Notes: generated by a model from the letters alone, not told the origin. A DNA stretch of 12,976 bases from Candidatus Sumerlaeia bacterium (GCA_038208905.1 JBBQYG010000117.1:1-12976), one strand, 5' to 3'. Counted from the stretch's first letter, positions 1 through 7,515 are shown. Made by a program: numbers and translations.

Positions 1-1
1 C

Positions 2-481
2 GGCGTGACGGCGCTCCCCGATTCGGGCCGCATCCTCGTGCTCGATGGCGTCCGCGATCCCGGCAACGCGGGGACTCTGGTACGCTCCGCCGCGGCCTTT
101 GGCTTCGCGGCGGTCCTGGCGGATACGTCTATCAATCTATACAACGAGAAGATGATCCGCGCCAGCGCGGGCACTTGCTTCCTTCCCGGCACGGTCGCCG
201 CGGGCGGCTCCCCCGCCGATCTTTCGCGCGAGCTGGCCGGACGCGGCTTCCGGATCGTGACGCTGGAGCCCCGCGCGGACCACGACCTGCGCGATGTGGC
301 GCTCGACCCAAAGCGCCCGCTGGCACTTGTTCTTGGCGGAGAGGTCGCGGGCATCGACCCCGCCGCATGGGTCGGCGCCACCGGAGCGCGGATTCCGATG
401 CGGAGAGACGTGGAATCGCTCAACGTCGGCGTGGCGGGGGCCATCGCGCTCTATGAGCTGTCGTCGAGAATCCCTCGATGA
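2..481 (+). CDS. SpoU/TrmH-family (SPOUT) RNA 2'-O-methyltransferase, probably 5'-truncated by the window edge
   Basis: All three SpoU motifs are present: LDGVRDPGNAGTLVRSAAAFG, LVLGGEVAGI and IPMRRDVESLNVGVAGAIALYE. The frame is open from base 2, so the GTG at 5 may not be the true start. The stop overlaps the waaA start (ATGA, 478-481). Substrate (tRNA or rRNA) cannot be determined. Confidence 0.92.
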   Translation, partial: GVTALPDSGRILVLDGVRDPGNAGTLVRSAAAFGFAAVLADTSINLYNEKMIRASAGTCFLPGTVAAGGSPADLSRELAGRGFRIVTLEPRADHDLRDVALDPKRPLALVLGGEVAGIDPAAWVGATGARIPMRRDVESLNVGVAGAIALYELSSRIPR

Positions 482-1776
482 ACGGGATCGACCTGGCCTA
501 TCTGGCCGCGTCGCCCGCGTTTCTGGCGCCGATGGTTTGGAAGCGCTGGCGCCACGGCAAGTACCGCCGCTCGCTTCCCGGCATGTTCGGCGCGAACCTG
601 CCCGAGCCCCCGCTGGCAGAAGGGCCCCGCGTGTGGCTGCACTCCGTCAGCGTCGGCGAAACCATCGCCGCCGGGGCCGTGTTCCGCGTGCTCCGCGAGC
701 ATCGCCCCGAGTGGGACTACCTCTCCACGACCACCACCGAAACCGGGCAGGATCAGGCAAAGCGAAGCCTCTCCGAGGCCCAGTACCACGACTTCGCGCC
801 GATCGACTTCTCTTGGAAGGTGCGCCGGTTTCTCCACGCCTACCGGCCATCGGCCTATCTCTTCTTCGAGACCGAAATCTGGCCCAACATTCTGCGCGAA
901 TGCGGTCGCCGCCGGATGCCCGCCTTCCTCGTCAACGGCAAGTTGTCGGAACGGTCGGCGCGTGGATATGCGAAGATCGGTTTCGCCCTGCGGGGCCCGC
1001 TTTCCAACGTGCGCGCGTTCCTGATGCAAACGGAGCCCGACGCGGAGCGGCTAGCCCGCGTGATCGGACGGGAGCGGGCGATCCTCGTCACGGGAAATGT
1101 GAAGTTCGACAACCTCCCCGCGCCGCTTTCCGGCGACGAGCGCGTCGCCATGCGCGCGCAATTTGGAATCGCCGCGGATGAACTTCTGCTAATGGCGGGA
1201 AGCACGCACCCCGGCGAGGAGAAAGCTGTCTATACAGCCTTCGCCGCCCTCCGCAATGGCGCCGCGCCCGGCGCGCGGCTGGTCATTGCGCCACGGCACC
1301 CCGAGCGATTCGACGACGTTGCGCGCGAGCTGGAAAAACTCGGCGCCACAGTCCACCGCATGAGCTCGGGCGATGCGCCGCGCTCTGGAAAACCCGTGGT
1401 GCTCCTGGACAAGATGGGTGTGCTGGGGCGCAGCTTTGGCGCGGCGGATATCGCGCTGGTGGGCGGAGCGTGGAATCCCATCGGCGGCCACAACCTGCTG
1501 GAGCCCGCGGCCCACGGTGTGCCCGTGGTCCACGGCCCGCACATGCACGCCCAGCGGGAAATAATGCGCATCGCGCGCGCGCACGACGCCACCATCGAGG
1601 CCGACGAGGCGTCGCTCGCCGACGCGCTGGGCCAACTTGCGAATTCCGAAAGCCGCCGCGCGGAACTGGGCGAGCGTGGCCGCGAGGCGGCCCGCCAGAA
1701 CGCCGGAGCCGCCCACCGGAGCGTCGATCTGATCCTGGGCCTTATCGACTCCGCGCCGCGGCACCGCCGGGCCTGA
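478..1776 (+). CDS. waaA: 3-deoxy-D-manno-octulosonic acid (Kdo) transferase, GT30
   Basis: Characteristic motifs in order: VWLHSVSVGE, STTTTETG, FAPIDF, ETEIWPN, NGKLSERSARGY, TGNVKFD, AGSTHPGEE, IAPRHPERF, DKMGVL, GGHNLLEPA. N-terminal membrane anchor; 432 aa. Confidence 0.96.
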   Translation: MNGIDLAYLAASPAFLAPMVWKRWRHGKYRRSLPGMFGANLPEPPLAEGPRVWLHSVSVGETIAAGAVFRVLREHRPEWDYLSTTTTETGQDQAKRSLSEAQYHDFAPIDFSWKVRRFLHAYRPSAYLFFETEIWPNILRECGRRRMPAFLVNGKLSERSARGYAKIGFALRGPLSNVRAFLMQTEPDAERLARVIGRERAILVTGNVKFDNLPAPLSGDERVAMRAQFGIAADELLLMAGSTHPGEEKAVYTAFAALRNGAAPGARLVIAPRHPERFDDVARELEKLGATVHRMSSGDAPRSGKPVVLLDKMGVLGRSFGAADIALVGGAWNPIGGHNLLEPAAHGVPVVHGPHMHAQREIMRIARAHDATIEADEASLADALGQLANSESRRAELGERGREAARQNAGAAHRSVDLILGLIDSAPRHRRA

Positions 1777-2773
1777 CGATCCACACGCGGGCCAACTCGC
1801 CGCGCACCTTCACCTTCAGGCGCGGCTCGAAATCGACCCCCGTCATCCCCGCCTTCGCCGTGTCCACCGCCTTGTCGTCCGACGTCAGGATCACCGCTCG
1901 CCAAGTGGTGCCCTTGCCGATTCGGATCATCTCGTCGAAGAGGCGTCTATACAACACCGCGTTGCCGGCCTTGTCGCCAAACTGCTTCCCGAAGGGCAGG
2001 TTGGCCAGAAACACATCCACCGATCCCGCGGCCAGGCCCGTCGCCGCTCCGTCCTTTCGCTCAAGGCGTGCACCGTCGGCGAACTCCAGATTTCGCTTCG
2101 CCGAACTGACCGCCTGGGCGTCGGTGTCGAAGCCGATCAGCCTGGCGCCCGGCTGCATGTGGGCCGCCTCGGCCAGCAGGGTGCCCGACCCACAAACGGG
2201 ATCAAGAATCGTCTCGCCCGTCTTCGGCTCCGCCAGAAACGCCATCGCGGCCGCGGCGGTGGGCGGAAGCGCGCCCTGGCGCTCGATCATGCGGAGAGAT
2301 CGGCCCGGCACTTCCTCCGCCTTCCACCGCGGCGTGCAGATGTAATAGGACTCGTCGATGGCAAACACGTTCAACTCGTTCTCGCCCTCGTCCTCGTCGA
2401 TGCGAACCTCCATCGCGCGAAGCCGCTGGATTACGAAGCGTTGCAGGTCCTGGCGCGTAAACGTCTTGCCGTCCACGCTCACATTGACGCGCCACGCGCC
2501 GCGCCGCTGGAGCATCGCCTCCGACAGCACGTCAAACTGGGCGTGGGAAATCTTGAACCGGCCAAAGACGATGCACTCCTGGGCGTCCTCCGCCACGCGG
2601 AGCGTGGGCGTCACGGCCTTGGCCGTGCGCTGGAGAAAGATCAGGTCGTGGTTGCGCTGAAACAGGGTCGTCGGCTTTGCGCGCCCGTCCAACATGCGGG
2701 CGGTCCGCATTTCGGAAAGGAGGACCCGGCCGAGGCCGGGAATGGTGTGGATGACCCAGGAAGGCTTGCTCAT
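1742..2773 (-). CDS. UPF0020/THUMP-type SAM-dependent RNA methyltransferase (TrmN/Trm14/RlmL-like, probable m2G), 343 aa
   Basis: The likely start is ATG at 2773 (MSKPSWVIHTIPGLGRVLLSEM), overlapping the permease stop (ATGA). Motifs GALPPTAAAAM, ILDPVCGSGTLLAEAA (motif I), IGFDTDAQAV and ANLPFGKQFG (motif IV). The ORF-track extension to 3226 lies out of frame inside the permease. Confidence 0.85.
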   Translation of the reverse strand: MSKPSWVIHTIPGLGRVLLSEMRTARMLDGRAKPTTLFQRNHDLIFLQRTAKAVTPTLRVAEDAQECIVFGRFKISHAQFDVLSEAMLQRRGAWRVNVSVDGKTFTRQDLQRFVIQRLRAMEVRIDEDEGENELNVFAIDESYYICTPRWKAEEVPGRSLRMIERQGALPPTAAAAMAFLAEPKTGETILDPVCGSGTLLAEAAHMQPGARLIGFDTDAQAVSSAKRNLEFADGARLERKDGAATGLAAGSVDVFLANLPFGKQFGDKAGNAVLYRRLFDEMIRIGKGTTWRAVILTSDDKAVDTAKAGMTGVDFEPRLKVKVRGELARVWIVRPGGAAARSR

Positions 2774-4062
2774 GGCGAAATGCTCCGGCGGAGAGTCGCG
2801 CGCGCCGCAAGCCCGAGGGCAACGAAACAAACGCCGCCGACCCAGATTGCCGGTGGCACCCCAAACGCCAGAATCGCGCAACCCGCCAACCCAATCCACG
2901 AAATCACGCGCGGATACCGCCGCGATTCGCGTGGCAGCCGCAGCGCCGCCACGTTGGTTATCGCGTAGTAAACCAGCACGGTGAACGCGCTGGCCGACCA
3001 CGCGAGGGCAATGCTCCCCGGAATCACAAGCACCGCGATCACCGAGGCCGAGAACAGCACCGCCGCGGTGGCGCTCCGCCCATCGGGCCCCACGCGCGCC
3101 AGCCCCCTCGGCAAATCCCCCCGGCGCCCCATCGCCAGCACCACGCGGGAAATGCCGAGGATCAGGTTGAGGAGCACGCTCGCCATCGCCGCCAGCGCCC
3201 CCCAGGAAACCACGAGCCGGAGCCACCCGCTGCCGAGTGCGCTGGCCGCAGCCGCCAAGGGCGCCCCCGACTCGCGCGCCGCGCGGGCGAACTCACCCGC
3301 GCCCATCGCGGATAGCCCCGCCAGCGCCACCGCCAGATAGAGCGCCGTCACCAGCAGAGTAGTCGCGATGATTGCTCGCGGGATCGTGCGCGAAGGGTCG
3401 TGAACCTCCTCGCCCAGCGTCGCGATTCGCCCATAGCCGGTGAACGCCACAAACATCAGCGCCGTCGCCGCATAGAATCCGCCCGGCGTGAAGTCCGTCG
3501 CCGATGCCGCAAGGACGGCTCCTCCCCCGCCGCGACCCGTTGCGACCGCCACGAACAGCGCGAGCGCCCCCAGCGAGGCCGCAACCAGCACGGCGACCAC
3601 GCGGGTCGAAAGCCGGGCCCCCGCCAGCGCCACCCCACACGCCACCGCAAGAATCACAAGGGCCACGGGGACGCGCGGCACGGCCTCGGCCCCGGGAATC
3701 AGCGCAAGCCCATAGCCCGCGATGCCCAGTGCCGCCGTGGCCGCGGAGGCACACTTGGCCGCAACAAAGAGCAACCCCGCCGCAAAGCCCGCCGTGGGGA
3801 ACAGGAAGCGATAGGCGTATTCATAGGTGCCGCCGCTGACCGGGTGCGCCGCCGCGAGCTGTGCGCTGCCGAGAGCGTTGCACCCCGCAAGCGCCCCTGC
3901 CGCCAAAATCGCCGGCAGCACAGCCGCACCCGCCGCGCCCGCACCAAGCCCGATGCTGACGAACACTCCGGTCCCCACCATGGATCCAATGCCAAGAACG
4001 ATCGCGCCGCCGAGGCCGATCTCCCGCTTCAGCACCCCGCTCGATTCGGCACCGGTGGACAT
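2770..4062 (-). CDS. APC-superfamily amino acid permease
   Basis: LKREIGLGGAIVLGIGSMVGTGVF (TM1), SAQLAAAHPVSGGTYEY, FVAFTGYGRIATLGEEVHDPSRTIPRAI (TM6-7), SRVVLAMGRRGDLP. About 12 hydrophobic segments. Confidence 0.93.
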   Translation of the reverse strand: MSTGAESSGVLKREIGLGGAIVLGIGSMVGTGVFVSIGLGAGAAGAAVLPAILAAGALAGCNALGSAQLAAAHPVSGGTYEYAYRFLFPTAGFAAGLLFVAAKCASAATAALGIAGYGLALIPGAEAVPRVPVALVILAVACGVALAGARLSTRVVAVLVAASLGALALFVAVATGRGGGGAVLAASATDFTPGGFYAATALMFVAFTGYGRIATLGEEVHDPSRTIPRAIIATTLLVTALYLAVALAGLSAMGAGEFARAARESGAPLAAAASALGSGWLRLVVSWGALAAMASVLLNLILGISRVVLAMGRRGDLPRGLARVGPDGRSATAAVLFSASVIAVLVIPGSIALAWSASAFTVLVYYAITNVAALRLPRESRRYPRVISWIGLAGCAILAFGVPPAIWVGGVCFVALGLAARATLRRSISP

Positions 4063-4069
4063 GGGGCCA

Positions 4070-5446
4070 TCAGACCTTCAGGAAAATCTTCTTCCGATAG
4101 AGCGGGTATGTCAGCACGAGCCAAAGCACGACGTTGAACAGGGCAAAGGCCAGCGAGGCGTTCTTTGGCGTGTCGGGAAAGGTGGAGGTGCAGATGCTGT
4201 ATATCCACGAGCGGACGCTCACCGCTTTCTCATCGGTCGTCCAGCGGATCATCCCCATGAGCCTCGCCAGAATTCCCGAGGCAAAGAACACCAGAATCGC
4301 GTTCGTGCCCAATACCACGAAGGGGCCCGTCCACCACTTCGAGCCACGAACGTCGATGAAGTAATAGCACGCGCCGAGAATCACCAGCGCCCAGCCGGTC
4401 ATGAAGACGACATAGCTGCTGGACCAGATTGGCTTGTTGATGGGAAAGTACTGGTCCATGCACCAACCCGCGATCAGCATGGCGTTGCCAACGAGGAACA
4501 TGCCGAGGGCGATTTCCATGCGAGGGCGCTTGGCCAGAATCCAGTTTCCGGCGAGAACGCCGAAGAGCGTGGTGGCGATCGAGGGGATGGTGCTGAGAAG
4601 ACCCTCAGGATCCGGGCGCCCGCCGTAGAGGTGCGCGCCGAAAATCTTCACGTCAATCCAGTCGTGCAGTGCCCCCGGAAACGGCGCGCCTGCCGTTGCG
4701 CTGGCCCTGCCGCCGCCCGAGGTTCCGGCGATCCAGTCAATCGGGGCAGGTATATGCCGCACGATCAAGTAGTAGAGATTGATCAGCGCCAGCGCCCACG
4801 CCAGCCGCCCCCAAATCCCTGAATACATCACGATGACCGAGGCCGCTAGGTAGCACATGGCGATACGCTGCAGGACGCCGGGAATGCGGACGATACTCCC
4901 GCCCAGATTTCCCCCCCTTGGCCAGAGTGACTGGAGCCATCCCACCTTGTCGGAGACACTCAGTCGGTTTGGCCCTGAAAAATGGGCCCAATCCAGCGCG
5001 AGCCAGAGCACCGCCACCGTCAGCGCGGCAATTCCGATGGGGCTCCGGGTCACCTTTCCCGAATCCGCCAGGACGAAGTGAGCCCCCACGATGATTAGCG
5101 CCCACGGAATGATCAGCCGGAAGTTCGGGAACGACTGGAGGATCATCCCCAGCATGAACAGGATCGCCGCGCGTCGGCAGACCTGGACAAAGAGCCCCGC
5201 GCGGCTGTCTCCCCGCGCCAGTCGCTTGTCGAAGGAGAACGTCATCGCCACACCCACGATGAATAGGAAGAACGGAAAGATGAAATCCGTCGGCGTCCAC
5301 CCGTCCCACGGCGCGTGCTCAAGCGGGCCATAGATATGGTCCCAGCTCCCGGGGTTATTGACGAGCACCATCGCCGCGATCGTCAGCCCGCGAAAGACGT
5401 CCAGCGAAAGAAGGCGTCCGGCCGATTTTTCCGTTTCGTTTCCCAT
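4070..5446 (-). CDS. NagX / heparan-alpha-glucosaminide N-acetyltransferase (HGSNAT)-like integral membrane acyltransferase
   Basis: RLLSLDVFRGLTIAAMVLVN, LEHAPWDGWTPTDFIFPFFLFIVG, RIPGVLQRIA, DPEGLLSTIP, PINKPIWSSSYV, LGTNAI and C-terminal LYRKKIFLKV. Confidence 0.92.
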   Translation of the reverse strand: MGNETEKSAGRLLSLDVFRGLTIAAMVLVNNPGSWDHIYGPLEHAPWDGWTPTDFIFPFFLFIVGVAMTFSFDKRLARGDSRAGLFVQVCRRAAILFMLGMILQSFPNFRLIIPWALIIVGAHFVLADSGKVTRSPIGIAALTVAVLWLALDWAHFSGPNRLSVSDKVGWLQSLWPRGGNLGGSIVRIPGVLQRIAMCYLAASVIVMYSGIWGRLAWALALINLYYLIVRHIPAPIDWIAGTSGGGRASATAGAPFPGALHDWIDVKIFGAHLYGGRPDPEGLLSTIPSIATTLFGVLAGNWILAKRPRMEIALGMFLVGNAMLIAGWCMDQYFPINKPIWSSSYVVFMTGWALVILGACYYFIDVRGSKWWTGPFVVLGTNAILVFFASGILARLMGMIRWTTDEKAVSVRSWIYSICTSTFPDTPKNASLAFALFNVVLWLVLTYPLYRKKIFLKV

Positions 5447-5516
5447 GACAGACGAAATGCGCCCCGACCGCCCAAAGGGTCAAGCGCCAGATGCATTGCG
5501 ATGAAGGGGGGAAAAG

Positions 5517-5604
5517 TGGTGGATGGGCTAGGATTTGAACCTAGGTAGGGATTCCTCCCGCCGGATTTACAGTCCGGTGCATTTGACCGCTCTGCCACCC
5601 ATCC
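5517..5604 (-). tRNA. tRNA-Tyr (anticodon GUA), long variable arm, CCA encoded, 88 nt
   Basis: Reverse complement GGATGGG TG GCAGAGCGGTCAAATGC A CCGGA CTGTAAA TCCGG CGGGAGGAATCCCTAC CTAGG TTCAAAT CCTAG CCCATCC A CCA. It gives a perfect 7-bp acceptor stem, 5-bp anticodon and T stems, and discriminator A73. Confidence 0.98.
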
Positions 5605-5617
5605 ACGGGTGCCCAAG

Positions 5618-5633
5618 GCCGGGGTACCCCGGC
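5618..5633. repeat. Perfect 16-bp palindrome GCCGGGGTACCCCGGC just upstream of the tRNA 5' end
   Basis: Read directly from the sequence; 13 nt from the mature tRNA 5' end. Function unknown. Confidence 0.6.
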
Positions 5634-5762
5634 AGGGGGGAGATTGGTAGGCCCGGGGCACGGCGCCGGGCAAGCGCAAAGTGGCGCGGACGAAGAATCC
5701 CAACCATGATTAGCCTGTCGACGGTTCGCACACTGCGATCACCTGACTCATCAAAGAGGCGG

Positions 5763-5942
5763 ATGCCCAAGACCCCCGAAGAAGCCAAGAATCGCAGCCG
5801 CAGCTACTCCACCGACATGAGCCCCGAGGACGTGGCGCGGCGGATCAATCTGGTTTCCGAGCTGCGCGCGATGGCGGTCAAGCTCGACAAGGCGAAGGTG
5901 CTGGGGCCGGTGGAGCCCAAGAAGGAACGACACGACCCCTGA
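5763..5942 (+). CDS. Small hypothetical protein, 59 aa (MPKTPEEAKN...DMSPEDVARRINLVSELRAMAVKL...)
   Basis: AAAGAGG Shine-Dalgarno just before ATG 5763. Codons end strongly in G/C. Predicted amphipathic helices. The ORF-track start at 5535 overlaps the tRNA and is implausible. Confidence 0.75.
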   Translation: MPKTPEEAKNRSRSYSTDMSPEDVARRINLVSELRAMAVKLDKAKVLGPVEPKKERHDP

Positions 5943-5965
5943 ACCGCTCGTCCACTGGATGGCCG

Positions 5966-6604
5966 CTACTTCGCTCCCAAGAACACCTTCCCTGAAACCA
6001 GCGGGATGATCTCGCCGGAAGTCACCTGCGTCACGGCGCCCTTGATGTCGCGGATGACGGCGTGGATGCGGATCGGTGTCTCGCCATCGAGCGCCACTAG
6101 TCCAGCGTGGCGGAGCTGTCCCGCCTCCAGTTCCGTGGCGATCTCGCGAAGGCCCTCGGGCCCGCCATCAGTCCAGGAGAGGTCCACCGTGCAGGCGTCG
6201 GAGTGGGCATCGGCGAAAGACCACGAAACTTCCACCTGGCCGCTGATGCATTCGCCCTGCCGAGCCACGGCGTATATATCCCCAAACGCGAAGGTCGGCG
6301 GGCTGTTTTCGCCCACATAGAGCTGGTCAATGCCCGCGCAGCCTTCGATGCGGGTGCCGGGCGCCTTGGTGTTGCCCTTGGTTCCGGTGCCGAATTCATA
6401 GGGAATGTACTCCACCTTCCAGACCTCGTCCTCGCCGATGAAGAGGCTGCTGACCTGCGGCGAGCCGTCGAGCTCGACCTTGTGGACAAAGGCCTCGCCG
6501 TTGTCCGTGGACTTGGACCTCCAAGGTTTGAATTCACCGAAGCCCGCGAGCCGGGAACTTTTGATATCCAGAGTCTTGTATGGTCGCAAAAGTTCCCCCG
6601 ACAA
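5966..6604 (-). pseudogene. Probable C-terminal fragment of a secreted protein with an Ig-like beta-sandwich domain; true start unclear
   Basis: 5966 to about 6510 has host-like G/C-ending codons and the pattern NSPPTF...VSWSFADAHSDACTVDLSW...IHAVIRDIKGA, typical of bacterial Ig-like modules. There is no signal peptide. The TTG start has no Shine-Dalgarno and sits one codon after an in-frame TAG. The first ~30 codons are AT-rich and coincide with an inverted repeat. Confidence 0.5.
6553..6597. repeat. 11-bp perfect inverted repeat GGGAACTTTTG-N23-CAAAAGTTCCC
   Basis: Arms at 6553-6563 and 6587-6597, read directly. Confidence 0.8.
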
Positions 6605-6654
6605 CTTCTATTGAGGCCATCCGGCTATCAATCGCGCGCCCCCGCCGCCCCAAG

Positions 6655-6690
6655 GTTCCCATGCGGGCAGTTTGCTCCCCTCATGGGAAC
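6655..6690. repeat. Inverted repeat GTTCCCATG-N18-CATGGGAAC, with extra imperfect internal pairing
   Basis: Arms at 6655-6663 and 6682-6690, in the divergent intergenic region upstream of the lolA-like gene. Confidence 0.75.
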
Positions 6691-6756
6691 TGCGGGACTC
6701 TGTCCTTGCACTTCACCGGAGCCCGCCGGGAGCGTTGCCGGCGGAGGATGGCTCTT

Positions 6757-7515
6757 ATGGTTCGGCGGCTGATCGTGGCGGCTTTGGCGGGTTGTATGGC
6801 AATGGCGGCTGGCCTCCGGGGTCAGGAGGCGACGACGCCCACGCTTGCCCTCGCGGATGCGCCCTCCACGGCGACCATCGCGGCTCAGCAGCCGGGGGAT
6901 TCGCCCGAGGTGGCCTTCCTGCGGCTGATTGAGGCGAAGAACGGCGAAACCCGCTCCCTCCAAGCCGAGTTCACCCAGACCCGGGTTGACCGCGTGTTCA
7001 GCGACGAGGTGGTCAGCGAGGGGGAGTTCTGGTACGAGGCTCCCGGCTTGTTTCGCGCCAGCTACAAGGGCGACAAGGACTCGGGGTCCGAGGACTCCGA
7101 TATCTGGATGAAGGATAACAAGCTGATCTCCTACACTCCCTCCCTGCGCCAGGTGGAGATTGTCCAGCAGGCCGCCGGGGACAGGGCGCCGGTGAACCAG
7201 CTTCTCCTCGGATTCGGGGTCAAGGTGGAGCGCATCCAGCGCCTTTTCGAGGTACAGCCCGCCGCCAAGCCCCGGCCCGGCACCACCGGCATTCGCTTTG
7301 TTTCCCGGGACGTGGATTTTTCGCTGGGCTACGACTCGATCACCGTTTACTTTGACACCACCCGCCGGGAACCGCAGATCATTCTTCTGGAACAGGAAGA
7401 TCAGGAGATCACCGTGGAACTGAAGAAAGTCCGCATGAACCCCCAGATCAAGCCGTCGGTCTTCGAGACCAAGTGGCCCAAGAACGTGGAAATCCTGGAG
7501 TACAAGCAACTGTGA
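6757..7515 (+). CDS. lolA: LolA-family outer-membrane lipoprotein carrier protein, 252 aa
   Basis: GGAGG at 6743-6747, 9 nt before ATG 6757 (alternative ATG at 6748). Signal peptide, Ala/Thr/Pro linker, then SLQAEFTQ...SEGEFWYEAPGLFRASY...ISYTPSLRQV...NPQIKPSVF, the LolA-fold pattern. Could be a paralogue rather than the true orthologue. Confidence 0.82.
   Translation: MVRRLIVAALAGCMAMAAGLRGQEATTPTLALADAPSTATIAAQQPGDSPEVAFLRLIEAKNGETRSLQAEFTQTRVDRVFSDEVVSEGEFWYEAPGLFRASYKGDKDSGSEDSDIWMKDNKLISYTPSLRQVEIVQQAAGDRAPVNQLLLGFGVKVERIQRLFEVQPAAKPRPGTTGIRFVSRDVDFSLGYDSITVYFDTTRREPQIILLEQEDQEITVELKKVRMNPQIKPSVFETKWPKNVEILEYKQL

Noticed and set aside
2774..3226. 151-aa N-terminal extension of the methyltransferase in the ORF track
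   Set aside because: Lies out of frame within the permease, is Gly/Arg-rich and low-information, and ATG 2773 gives a clean ATGA coupling.
294..5333. Many alternative-frame ORFs overlapping waaA, the methyltransferase, the permease and the nagX-like gene (e.g. 294-1181, 1470-2345, 3827-4822)
   Set aside because: Arg/Pro/Ala-rich frame artefacts over genes with strong family motifs.
5454..5483. sigma70 promoter for a leaderless nagX-like transcript (TTGACC at 5483-5478 on -)
   Set aside because: The -35 is good, but the -10 position reads GCATTT or CATTTC, too poor to call.
5383..5762. ORFs spanning the tRNA (5383-5703 on -, 5535 start on +, 5567-5788 on -)
   Set aside because: These are translations of the tRNA and its promoter region.
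6608..6610. TAG readthrough or recoding to extend the 5966-6604 ORF
   Set aside because: The upstream in-frame sequence does not look coding. TAG is used as a normal stop at 8118-8120 and 5968-5966, and the tRNA-Tyr anticodon is GUA, not a CUA suppressor.
5517..6700. tRNA-anchored genomic island or prophage
   Set aside because: No integrase, and I found no duplicate of the tRNA 3' end. The variable patch is on the tRNA's 5' side, not the usual 3' side.
6553..6700. CRISPR array suggested by recurring GTTCCC/GGGAAC words (tempting given a HEPN-like protein nearby)
   Set aside because: Only hexamer-level matches in alternating orientation, no direct repeats of 23-47 bp with regular spacers, and no cas genes.
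6580..6756. Upstream extension of the lolA-like ORF
   Set aside because: The Shine-Dalgarno and signal peptide point to ATG 6757 (or 6748). The extension runs through the inverted repeats.
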